Notes under the pieces: model-generated
What the model was told of the DNA's origin: nothing
Database searches by the model: none
Seen by the model: only the letters and a program-made list of their open reading frames with translations
Program-made: the position numbers and the translations under genes
Shown: piece after piece, positions 9,761 to 18,081 of the stretch
Layout: the number at the start of each line of letters is the position of its first letter
Numbering within the stretch: position 1 is the first letter of the stretch
Assembly (NCBI GenBank): GCA_019747875.1
Contig: JAIEQI010000015.1
Location: forward strand, 2,269-66,268
DNA length: 64,000 nucleotides
Reading direction: 5' to 3'
Origin: Candidatus Obscuribacterales bacterium
GTDB lineage: Bacteria > Cyanobacteriota > Vampirovibrionia > Obscuribacterales > Obscuribacteraceae

Positions 9761-10055
9761 AAGGCTAGTTTCAAGTGTTGTTAAAGGTGAGCATCGCGCG
9801 GAGCGACTGGTGACCTTAGGTCGGATATTGAATCAATTGCAACGCTTTGATGAAGCCATAAAGTTTTTCAAGCTGGCAGAAGAAAGTGCTGCTTTGGACG
9901 CAGTGCCGTCGAAGAAACAGAAGCTTAAAGAGGAATGTGCAACTGGCATAGCGGAAGCCGAACTTGGCGCCCAAAATTTAGCTGCAAATGCAGCACGGCG
10001 ACAGAAGAGAAAGCTGATGAAAAGTAAGCAGCCCACTACTTCTTTGAAGGTATAG
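9678..10055 (+). CDS. Short TPR-like ORF, possibly a gene fragment
   Basis: The region from about 9780 reads as a TPR-like helix pair (AERLVTLGRILNQLQRFDEAIKFFKLAEES). The ATG at 9678 overlaps the 5' end of the divergent ORF. The only other in-frame start is GTG 9810. The 3' end overlaps the thioredoxin-like gene by 20 nt. Confidence 0.3.
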   Translation: MFFVSLQRLIICLYSFIASSFLPSLQSIRLVSSVVKGEHRAERLVTLGRILNQLQRFDEAIKFFKLAEESAALDAVPSKKQKLKEECATGIAEAELGAQNLAANAARRQKRKLMKSKQPTTSLKV

Positions 10056-10920
10056 CAGACTGTACCCATTTCAGAAATTGTGGTGCCGGCATAAAGCCTG
10101 AAATGCGATCCACTTCCTGACCAGCCGGATCAAAAATGATCACGGTTGGCCAGCCGGAGACTTCAAACTCTTGCGACAATGCCGTGCCACTTTTGTTGTC
10201 TTCCGAGTTTACCTTCATGCATACCGCGTTCTTTGCCAGAAATGCTTCTACGCTGGGATCTTTGAAAGTAGCTTTGTCCAAGACTTTGCACCAGCCGCAC
10301 CAGTCGGTGTAGAAATCTGCAATCACATACTTCTTCAGCGCCTTGCCAGCGCGTTTCCCGTCATCAACGCTCAGCCAGATCGGTTTTCCTTGAGGGCTGA
10401 CTACAGCTGGAATCGGTCGTACAATGCGCGGCGAAACCTTGCGCACCGGAGCTTTGCTTGTTGTTTTTGTAGTTGTCTTCTTAGCGCTCGTGGATTTTGT
10501 CGTGCTCGATTTTGTATTCCCGGTCTTTTGCGCTGGACCTTTGACCGTAGCTGTCGCGGCTTTTGAAGTCGGTTTTGCGGCTGAACTTACTGATTTAGGC
10601 TGAATTGCGCTTAGCGGCAGAGCTGGCATCTTTTTTGCACTATCGATCGGCTTTGCCATTGAACTCATAGCTGTCGGCTTGATCGTTTTTGTCGACTGCG
10701 CAGGGCTCTTTGGGGGCAATGTTGGTTTAGCCGTGGAACTAACGGAATTCGGAGCGGAGATCTTTGTTGATTTAGCAGATTGCACCTTCGGAGAGCCGGT
10801 CTGGACCGTGGCCTCATCGGCATTTGTTTCCTGGACAAAAACCCCCAGGGCGAAGAGAAGCGCAGTCGCAACTATTAGGCTTTGCCGAAAAGAATTCAGA
10901 TCAAATCGATCCCAGATCAT
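10036..10920 (-). CDS. Exported thioredoxin-fold protein (CxxC) with a Lys/Ser/Thr/Pro-rich linker
   Basis: C-terminal thioredoxin fold with a WCGWCK active site. N-terminal hydrophobic anchor LIVATALLFALGVFV. I moved the start to ATG 10920 because the upstream part of the track ORF overlaps the next gene and contains intergenic repeats. Confidence 0.8.
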   Translation of the reverse strand: MIWDRFDLNSFRQSLIVATALLFALGVFVQETNADEATVQTGSPKVQSAKSTKISAPNSVSSTAKPTLPPKSPAQSTKTIKPTAMSSMAKPIDSAKKMPALPLSAIQPKSVSSAAKPTSKAATATVKGPAQKTGNTKSSTTKSTSAKKTTTKTTSKAPVRKVSPRIVRPIPAVVSPQGKPIWLSVDDGKRAGKALKKYVIADFYTDWCGWCKVLDKATFKDPSVEAFLAKNAVCMKVNSEDNKSGTALSQEFEVSGWPTVIIFDPAGQEVDRISGFMPAPQFLKWVQSAIPSKK

Positions 10921-10994
10921 TACGACCGGACGTTGCGCTGTCTGCGTTGCAAAATTGTTGGAGAGCGGACAAGATGTCCGCTGCCCATAATTAT

Positions 10995-11016
10995 GAGCGG
11001 ACGGGACGTCCGCGCT
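10995..11016 (+). repeat. Dispersed repeat family B, copy 1 (core hairpin)
   Basis: GAGCGGACGGGACGTCCGCGCT, stem GCGGACG / CGTCCGC. Intergenic once the thioredoxin-like start is corrected. Confidence 0.75.
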
Positions 11017-11125
11017 TGATACGACCTGATATCCGCGCTGCTTGATCTTCAAATCAATTCGCTTTGAAAAAGCGGAGTCGGGCAGATGCCGACGCTCACC
11101 GAGAGCGGTACAACACAAAGGACTC

Positions 11126-11164
11126 TGTGAGGCTATGGGCGGACGACGGGACGTCCACGCTCCA
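11126..11164 (+). repeat. Dispersed repeat family B, copy 2
   Basis: TGTGAGGCTATGGGCGGACGACGGGACGTCCACGCTCCA. Confidence 0.8.
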
Positions 11165-11167
11165 TGC

Positions 11168-12937
11168 TTACTTAGAGCTTCCGAGCAGTACTTCTCTAAT
11201 GATCGAAACCGGAGGGCAGCCTGTTGCGAGGAAGCGATCATGGAAGTCTTTAAGTGTGTAAGCATTGCCTTTGGCTTTCTTGTAGTCTTCGCGCAGCGCT
11301 AATATCTGCATCTTTCCTAAAGTATAAACGAGATAGGTCGCATCTTTCGTTCCTCGTTTTGTCTCTCTTTCGGCGTTTGCCTTTTCGGTATAGCCCTCTT
11401 TGATGAAGTATTCAATGCCTTCATTCATGGTCATACCTTTTGTATGCATTTTGATGCCTACCATGTAGCGGCAAGCGCGCAAGAGAGCGTCGTGGATCAT
11501 TGTGAGCTTCAGTTTTGGATCGTTGTTGTCCAGTCCTTGTTCAACCATCATTTGTTCGGTGTAATGGGCCCAACCTTCGATGTTCGAATTGCATCCAATT
11601 ATTTTTGTCGTCTTTGATGGCGCCGTCCGGTTCCACAACCCCTGCACGTAGTGGCCCGGGAATGCTTCGTGTACGCTTGTGTTCAATAAATCGTATTTGC
11701 AGAAAGAGCGCATGTGCTCTTCTGTACGATCTGCCGACCAGTTAGGCTCTGGCAGGGTTACATAATAATATGCTTCTTTCGCTTTATTCTCAAAGGGGCC
11801 CGGTGAATCCATTGAGGCGAAGGACAAAGCTCGCATGAACGGCGGCGTTTCGCCAACGTGCAGGTTATCTTCCTTTGGAACCGTGACTATGTTCTTATCG
11901 ATGCAGTAATTTTTCAGCATGCTCAGCACGCCTGATACAGAGCTTATCAAATTCTGTGGTGTTGGGTGGTCGCTCGATATGGCGACGAAAACATCTTGAG
12001 GAGACTTTGAAGGGTCGATCTGTTTTGCCGTCTCCACGAAATCTTTCTGCAATCTTTTTAGCTCTGCATCACCTTCTGAAAGCAACTGATCTATCGGTGT
12101 GCTGACACCTTCATCGTAAAGCAATTTCTTGCTGTAAACATCTGCACCAAAGGCGAAGGTGCCGTTAGACCTCGGCAAAACATCAGTCTTGAGAAACTCC
12201 TGATAATCCTTCAATTGAGCGATGACGTCGTCATTTGCCTTCTTGAATTCGGCTTGCAGGTTTTGATCCGAAACTGATTTGAAGGCTTCTGGAACCGATG
12301 ATTTGAAAAAGTCTATGATGCCCGGAAGCTGTTCTAAAGCCACTTCTGTGTAAATCTTTGGTGGGTTCTTAAGGTTGGCCTTGCCTGCACGCAAAATCAC
12401 TGGGATTTTTTTCTCTCTTTCGATAACGAGCTTGAGCCGCTCCGAAAGTGGAGCAAAGTCCCGGGTCATCAGGTTGTAGATCATAGAACTAGAGTCGGAG
12501 CTGTACATATCGGGATCCGTTTCCCAAAATTTCAATTGCTCTAGTGTGAGTAAGCGACTGTTTATATCGCCGAGGATAAGTTGCCGATCGATTTTTGTTT
12601 GCGCGGTCAATGTTTCAGGCTTCACCGCATCGAATTGTTGCTTGAACGATTTTAGTCCGCTTATTTCTTCTTTTATTGCTGTCGCAGAAAAATCCGGCAC
12701 CAAATTGTCATACTTGTGAATGCCTAGAACTGTTGCGGCATCTGGGTTATGGGTGAACCCGAAGTCGAAATACTTATCTGCCAAATCATTGAATGCTGCA
12801 TCGCCCGCATTGCTCGAGACGCTCGCTGCAACTAGCGGATGCATGCTTTGCGCCGAGACCTCATTTGCACTACAGGTCGTGCTCGCTGACGACAGGGACA
12901 GGAGCATGCTCAGGGATGCCATGCAGAAAACTTTCAT
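11168..12937 (-). CDS. DUF885-family protein (secreted, metallopeptidase-like fold, function unproven)
   Basis: HEAFPGHYVQ motif and ~590-aa size typical of DUF885. Signal peptide MKVFCMASLSMLLSLSSAS from ATG 12937. Confidence 0.78.
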   Translation of the reverse strand: MKVFCMASLSMLLSLSSASTTCSANEVSAQSMHPLVAASVSSNAGDAAFNDLADKYFDFGFTHNPDAATVLGIHKYDNLVPDFSATAIKEEISGLKSFKQQFDAVKPETLTAQTKIDRQLILGDINSRLLTLEQLKFWETDPDMYSSDSSSMIYNLMTRDFAPLSERLKLVIEREKKIPVILRAGKANLKNPPKIYTEVALEQLPGIIDFFKSSVPEAFKSVSDQNLQAEFKKANDDVIAQLKDYQEFLKTDVLPRSNGTFAFGADVYSKKLLYDEGVSTPIDQLLSEGDAELKRLQKDFVETAKQIDPSKSPQDVFVAISSDHPTPQNLISSVSGVLSMLKNYCIDKNIVTVPKEDNLHVGETPPFMRALSFASMDSPGPFENKAKEAYYYVTLPEPNWSADRTEEHMRSFCKYDLLNTSVHEAFPGHYVQGLWNRTAPSKTTKIIGCNSNIEGWAHYTEQMMVEQGLDNNDPKLKLTMIHDALLRACRYMVGIKMHTKGMTMNEGIEYFIKEGYTEKANAERETKRGTKDATYLVYTLGKMQILALREDYKKAKGNAYTLKDFHDRFLATGCPPVSIIREVLLGSSK

Positions 12938-13048
12938 ACTTTTAGTCACGACCAAATTTCCTCGTGCGCCGCACATAAACATGGAACTTGCGGGCAGATT
13001 ATCTCAAATTTAACGGGCGATGAAGCTTTTTGGATGAATATGGCTTAG

Positions 13049-13084
13049 CTTTGCTTGCAAAGGGGTGAGCTTTGAATTGCAAAG
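13049..13084. promoter_or_regulatory. Two related palindromes upstream of etfB (candidate operator)
   Basis: CTTTGCTTGCAAAG (13049..13062, perfect 6-2-6 palindrome) and CTTTGAATTGCAAAG (13070..13084). They lie about 130-165 nt upstream of the etfB ATG. Confidence 0.3.
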
Positions 13085-13215
13085 AAAGCAAGCGCGGCGC
13101 CATGTTTTGCACATGTGAAGGTTCAATAAGCGTAAAGTGTCAATATCCTTTAAGAAGTAGTACCGGCACTCCTATACGGGCTAAGATCTAATGCGTCTCA
13201 TCCCAGGATACACAC

Positions 13216-14049
13216 ATGCCAGCTCCCTACGAGATTCTCGTATTAGTCAAACAGGTCCCGGACCAAAGTTCCAAGGCTGGAATCAACGCCGACGGAACTA
13301 TCGACCGCGCGAAAGCGAAGCGAATGCTAAATCCATTCGACCGTTATGCGTTGCAAGCTGCTCTTTTCACCAAGAAGCAATATGGTGGCAACGTAACTGC
13401 CGTTTCAATGGGTCCTCCAGCTGCTCTTGAGGTTTTACTTGAAGCACTTGAGCATGGTGTCGACAAAGGCGTGCTGCTATCAGACCGTCGTTTAGCGGCT
13501 TCCGATACTTTGGCTACTGCCTATGCCCTGCACAAAGTCATTTTGTGGCTTGGTAAGTTCGACTTGATTTTCTGCGGACTTCAAACCACGGACGGAGATA
13601 CGGCGCAGGTCGGCCCACAAATCGCTGAACGACTCAATTTGCCGCAAGTCACATACTGCGAAGATTTCGCCATCGAAAACGATAAGGCTAAGGCCCGCCG
13701 CATTATTGAAGGCGGACTGCAATACGTCAAATCAGAACTGCCGTTGTTGGTTACAGTTGCAAACTCATACCATCAGCTTGAGTATAAGTCCTTCCGCGGA
13801 GCTTGGAAGGTGCAATGGCTGCAACGCAAACCGGATGAACTGAAAAAGTACATCACCACTGTCGATCTCGATGTGGTCGGTGCGCTTCCTGACCGTTGCG
13901 GTTTGAAGGGCTCGCCAACCATCGTTGCCCACACTGACAAAGTCGGAGAAATTGGTGGCAATTGCAAAATGTACGAAGGCGCATCACCAAAAGATTTGGT
14001 AGATGAGCTATTGAAAGCGGCTAACGTCAAGGAATACGTGAAGGCATGA
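13216..14049 (+). CDS. etfB: Electron transfer flavoprotein beta subunit
   Basis: N-terminus ILVLVKQVPD and full-length collinearity with EtfB/FixA. Its stop overlaps the etfA start (ATGA). Confidence 0.92.
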   Translation: MPAPYEILVLVKQVPDQSSKAGINADGTIDRAKAKRMLNPFDRYALQAALFTKKQYGGNVTAVSMGPPAALEVLLEALEHGVDKGVLLSDRRLAASDTLATAYALHKVILWLGKFDLIFCGLQTTDGDTAQVGPQIAERLNLPQVTYCEDFAIENDKAKARRIIEGGLQYVKSELPLLVTVANSYHQLEYKSFRGAWKVQWLQRKPDELKKYITTVDLDVVGALPDRCGLKGSPTIVAHTDKVGEIGGNCKMYEGASPKDLVDELLKAANVKEYVKA

Positions 14050-15188
14050 GCGGACAAGAGAAACAGCCAGAAACTCCTCCAGCAGAGGAGATGAAAATCC
14101 ACGAAACGCCGCGCGGCAATGTCCTTGTCATTGCAGAGCAAATTATGGGCGAATTGCAGCCAGTGACATTAGAGCTGCTTGGTGCAGCCACACTGCTATC
14201 AGGCAAGCTGGGAACCAAAGTTCTTTGCGTTGTGCTCGGTCACAATTTGGGAGATATTCCACAGCGTTTGGTTCAAGCCGGAGCCGATGAAGTGTACGTC
14301 GCGGATGATCCGCAACTTGAGCTTTATCGCACTTTGCCTTACAGGCGTGTCGTAGTCGATCTCCTTGATTGGCTGCCGGAGCCTCCACACATTGCCTTGC
14401 TCGGGTCGACAACAACTGGACGCGACCTGGCGCCGCGCATTGCAGCGCACTTCGAGACAGGCTTGACTGCTGACTGCACGGAACTTGATGTCGGTCCTTA
14501 TGAGCATAAGAGCAAAGTCGACCCAACAAAATTAGGACTGTATCCTGACTGCTTGTATGCTATCCGTCCGAGTTTCGGCGAAAGTTTGAAAGCACGTATT
14601 CTTGGTCCTTGGAAAAATCCGCAGATGGCAACGACTCGCCCTGGGGTGATGATTCCAAACAAGACCGATCCGGATCGCAAAGGCAATATTCAAAAGATTC
14701 CAGTCAATTTGAAGCCGGAAGATCATCGCCTTGAAGTTGAGCGTGTAGTGCGCGAAGTATCGAAAGGTTTGAAGCTGACTGAGGCTGATGTGATTGTCGC
14801 TGGTGGGCATGGACTCGGGACGCAAGACGGCTTCACGATGCTGCAAGAGCTGGCTGATTGTTTCGAGAACGCAGCTGTCGGAGCATCAAGAAAAGTCGTG
14901 GACCTCGGATGGATACCATACGCTAACCAGGTTGGACAGACAGGAAAGACCGTTCGTCCGAAACTCTACATTGCATGCGGTATTTCCGGAGCCATTCAAC
15001 ATCGTGTTGGTATGTCCAAATCCGGAATTATCATCGCGATCAACAAAGATCCTGATGCACCAATCTTCAAGTTTGCTCACCACGGGATTGTCGGAGACGT
15101 CTACCAGATAGTTCCTGAATTGATCAAAGCATTCAAAAAAGCTAAGTCCGAAAAGAAGGGGGTAGAATCCGTTGTCCACTCGCATTGA
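14046..15188 (+). CDS. etfA: Electron transfer flavoprotein alpha subunit
   Basis: C-terminal FAD-binding region (IVAGGHGLG, YIACGISGAIQH) typical of EtfA/FixB. Translationally coupled to etfB. Confidence 0.92.
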   Translation: MSGQEKQPETPPAEEMKIHETPRGNVLVIAEQIMGELQPVTLELLGAATLLSGKLGTKVLCVVLGHNLGDIPQRLVQAGADEVYVADDPQLELYRTLPYRRVVVDLLDWLPEPPHIALLGSTTTGRDLAPRIAAHFETGLTADCTELDVGPYEHKSKVDPTKLGLYPDCLYAIRPSFGESLKARILGPWKNPQMATTRPGVMIPNKTDPDRKGNIQKIPVNLKPEDHRLEVERVVREVSKGLKLTEADVIVAGGHGLGTQDGFTMLQELADCFENAAVGASRKVVDLGWIPYANQVGQTGKTVRPKLYIACGISGAIQHRVGMSKSGIIIAINKDPDAPIFKFAHHGIVGDVYQIVPELIKAFKKAKSEKKGVESVVHSH

Positions 15189-16893
15189 GTATGATGTCCT
15201 TCTCGTTGGCGGAAGTCCGTCGAATCTCACTCTTGCCTATCGCTTGCTAGAGCTTGCCAAAGAAAGCGGAAAAGAGCTGAGCATCGCAATCCTTGAGAAA
15301 GGAAAAGAGTTCGGGTCGCACATTGTCAGCGGCGCCGTGTCACATCCGCACGTCATTGAGAAGGTTTGGCCTAACTACAAAGAAATGGGCTTCCCGATAG
15401 AAGCCGTTTGCAACGACAGTAACATGTCAGTCTTGGGCAAAGAGAAGAAATGGGACATGCCACCAAAGCTGTATCCCAAGACTTTTGATAAGACAGGCTA
15501 TCTAGTTTTGACCTTGAGCAACGTTGTTGCCTGGATGGCGAAGAACGTGCAAGAGAAAGCAAAAGAAGTGCCGACAGTAGCACTGGATCTTTTCAATGGC
15601 TTCTCCGCTCATAGTGTTGTGTTCGAAAATGGACGCGTCGCCGGTGTTTCGGTAGTCGAAAAGCCTGCCACCGACGAAGACTATGTATACGGAAAGATTG
15701 TTTGCTTTGGCGACAAGGGCTTTGTCTCCCGTGAAGTGATCGATCACTACAAGTTGCGCGATTGCCCTCAGATCTGGTCTGTCGGTGTCAAAGAAGTTTG
15801 GCAGGTCAACGACGATTACCAGGGGAAAGTTTGGCACACGCTCGGCTATCCCTTGCTGGAAGGCACCTTCGGTGGTGGCTTCGTTTACGGCATGAAGGAT
15901 AAGAAGCTGACCATTGGAATGGTAATAAGCCTCGACAGCAAAGACCCCAACATGAATCCGCAGCTCAAGCTGCAGGAGTATAAAAAGCATCCGTGGATTC
16001 AATCCATGATTACTGGTGGAAAGTTGCTCAAGTATGGAGCAGCCTTGTTGCCGGAAGGTGGCTATTACAGCTTGCCGAAGAAATTCTATGTCCCAGGAGC
16101 CATCCTTTTAGGTGATGCTCTCGGCGTGTTGAACGTCAAAAATCTTGCTGGAATTGACCGCTCGATGGAATGTGGACGCGTCGCCGCTGAGCTGATTATG
16201 GACATCTTCAACAATAAGGGCGGCGAGTTTACTGATGAAACTCTGGCTCCTTATCAAAAGACTCTCGAAAATTCCTTCGTGATTCAAGAGTCGTACCACG
16301 ACCGCTACTTCCGTTGGACCTTCATGGAAAATCCACGACTGCTCGGCAAATACATGCCGAAGGTTGCAAAAGGCGTAGACGATGGTCATCCGCTGCTGGG
16401 CGCTATCGCCGCCGGATTCCCGAATCCATTCCAAGCTGCAGGCGACGGTTTGCGAGCGCTAGGATTACTTGAGCAAGGCAAGGACATCGGACCGATCAAG
16501 TACACCGAAGACTACAAGCATATCGTTCCGGATTTCACACCGCCGCCTATTGAAGTGCCTAGCTTTGATAAGTCGACGATTTACTCGCGAGCCGATGCTG
16601 TATTTTTTGCATCTACTAAATACCATGAAGGCAACAATCACATTGATGAGTTCAATGCTGATGTTTGCGTGCGTTGCATCGGTAAGTACGATTCACTCGG
16701 AAAGACAACACCGTGCGTCGCTGATTGCACGGCTGAAGTTCACCGCGTCGACATCGTCAACGATTTGAAAAAACACGGTATGTCACTTGAAAATTGTGTC
16801 CAGTGTCGTACTTGCGAAATCGTTTGTCCGGAAGTGAATCTCAAGGTTCGACCGACTGAGCAAGGCAGTGGCCCCGACTTCATGGGACTCTAA
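15172..16893 (+). CDS. Electron transfer flavoprotein:quinone oxidoreductase (FixC/FixX-type fusion)
   Basis: N-terminal dinucleotide fold (DVLLVGGSPSNL), C-terminal 4Fe-4S motif CVQCRTCEIVCP, 573 aa. TTG start overlaps the etfA 3' end. Confidence 0.87.
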   Translation: MSTRIEYDVLLVGGSPSNLTLAYRLLELAKESGKELSIAILEKGKEFGSHIVSGAVSHPHVIEKVWPNYKEMGFPIEAVCNDSNMSVLGKEKKWDMPPKLYPKTFDKTGYLVLTLSNVVAWMAKNVQEKAKEVPTVALDLFNGFSAHSVVFENGRVAGVSVVEKPATDEDYVYGKIVCFGDKGFVSREVIDHYKLRDCPQIWSVGVKEVWQVNDDYQGKVWHTLGYPLLEGTFGGGFVYGMKDKKLTIGMVISLDSKDPNMNPQLKLQEYKKHPWIQSMITGGKLLKYGAALLPEGGYYSLPKKFYVPGAILLGDALGVLNVKNLAGIDRSMECGRVAAELIMDIFNNKGGEFTDETLAPYQKTLENSFVIQESYHDRYFRWTFMENPRLLGKYMPKVAKGVDDGHPLLGAIAAGFPNPFQAAGDGLRALGLLEQGKDIGPIKYTEDYKHIVPDFTPPPIEVPSFDKSTIYSRADAVFFASTKYHEGNNHIDEFNADVCVRCIGKYDSLGKTTPCVADCTAEVHRVDIVNDLKKHGMSLENCVQCRTCEIVCPEVNLKVRPTEQGSGPDFMGL

Positions 16894-16983
16894 TCGCGAC
16901 CAAGAGATTGCGAGGATTGTCGGCATAGCGTGTTCGAAACGCTCAAATGAGTGTTTGCGCTGCGCTGTTCCGCCAGAATTTAC

Positions 16984-17012
16984 TTGACAATTTCTGGGAC
17001 TCTAATCATAGT
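16984..17012 (+). promoter_or_regulatory. Candidate sigma70-type promoter
   Basis: TTGACA (16984..16989), 17-nt spacer, CATAGT (17007..17012). Upstream of ORF 17094 and the methyltransferase gene. Confidence 0.3.
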
Positions 17013-17093
17013 TAAGTCAGTCTCATGCTTCTGGGTTGCATGCATGATCTGATTCTGCTTTACGCTGAACATATAAGGGTTTTGTTCAGGTAG

Positions 17094-17339
17094 ATGGCTA
17101 AATTCCCGTCAGTCTTGTTCTCTGCTTTTGGGGGCAGAAGAACTGGGAGGTCAGACATGACTAATTTTAAGTCCACTGCTATTGCTGAGCGCATTCCGTC
17201 ATCTCTTGAAAGCGAACAGCGAAACACGAGTTTCGACATTCAGAGCATTGTCGAGAGCGAACGCATGTTCCTGGTCGTACTCGCCATAATGACATCTGTC
17301 CTCGGAGCAATCTGCGTTTATTTTCTATTGAACCTGTAA
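17094..17339 (+). CDS. Small hypothetical protein with a C-terminal TM helix
   Basis: 81-aa ORF; hydrophobic C-terminus FLVVLAIMTSVLGAICVYFLL. A candidate sigma70-like promoter lies upstream. Confidence 0.3.
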   Translation: MAKFPSVLFSAFGGRRTGRSDMTNFKSTAIAERIPSSLESEQRNTSFDIQSIVESERMFLVVLAIMTSVLGAICVYFLLNL

Positions 17340-17421
17340 TTTATTTTTGTAAGAGCCCATCAGGACTAGCCGTCTGGTGTGGATAGGCAATAAAATATTG
17401 CTGGAATCCGCACGGGACGCC

Positions 17422-18042
17422 ATGGAAAAAACGATTACATCCGAAAATAGAGACTTCTGGGAAGGACTTTACCAGAAACAAACCACTCCGTGGGATTTGG
17501 GCAAAGCAGCTCCGCCACTAGTGACCTTTTTGAAGTCACCGTACTCGGTACCGCCGGGAAGAATCCTAATTGTCGGATGCGGGCGTGGACATGAAGCTCT
17601 ACTCTTTGCTCAAAACGGATTCGAGGTTACCGGTGTGGACTTTGCGCCTTCTGCTGTGCAGGCTACGTCCAAACGCCTTGCTGACGGCGGCTTCCTCGGC
17701 ACCAATGCTTACATGTTGGAGCGCAACTTTTTCGATATCCACGAATACGATGGATACTATGACTACATTTTGGAGCATTGCACTTTTTGTGCGATCGACC
17801 CAAGTATGCGCCGCACATATTCTTGGACTGTTCGTGATTTGCTTCGTCCAGGTGGAAAGCTGATTGGACTATGGTGGCTTCTTCCTGAAAAGAAAGGCGG
17901 ACCACCATTTTCAGTGCATAAAACTGAGATTTTTGAATTTTTCCGTGAAGACTTCAGCATCGACATTGCCTACCAACCACAAGATTCTGTACCTGAGAGA
18001 AAAGGGCAAGAACTTCTCACTGTCTTAACCAAGTTAGGGTGA
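17422..18042 (+). CDS. SAM-dependent methyltransferase, thiopurine/halide methyltransferase-like (TPMT family)
   Basis: FWEGLYQKQTTPWDLG and SAM motif I ILIVGCGRGHEALLFAQNGFEVTGVDFAPSAV. I prefer ATG 17422 to the track GTG 17377. Confidence 0.78.
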   Translation: MEKTITSENRDFWEGLYQKQTTPWDLGKAAPPLVTFLKSPYSVPPGRILIVGCGRGHEALLFAQNGFEVTGVDFAPSAVQATSKRLADGGFLGTNAYMLERNFFDIHEYDGYYDYILEHCTFCAIDPSMRRTYSWTVRDLLRPGGKLIGLWWLLPEKKGGPPFSVHKTEIFEFFREDFSIDIAYQPQDSVPERKGQELLTVLTKLG

Positions 18043-18081
18043 GCGAAGCGAGCTTATCTACGGCCGCACTCTTCTGAAGAC

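Noticed and set aside
10921-11265. Upstream 115 codons of the thioredoxin-like ORF
   Set aside because: It overlaps the 3' end of the DUF885 gene and contains two family B hairpin repeats. A Met followed by a hydrophobic anchor at 10920 gives a normal exported thioredoxin-like architecture.
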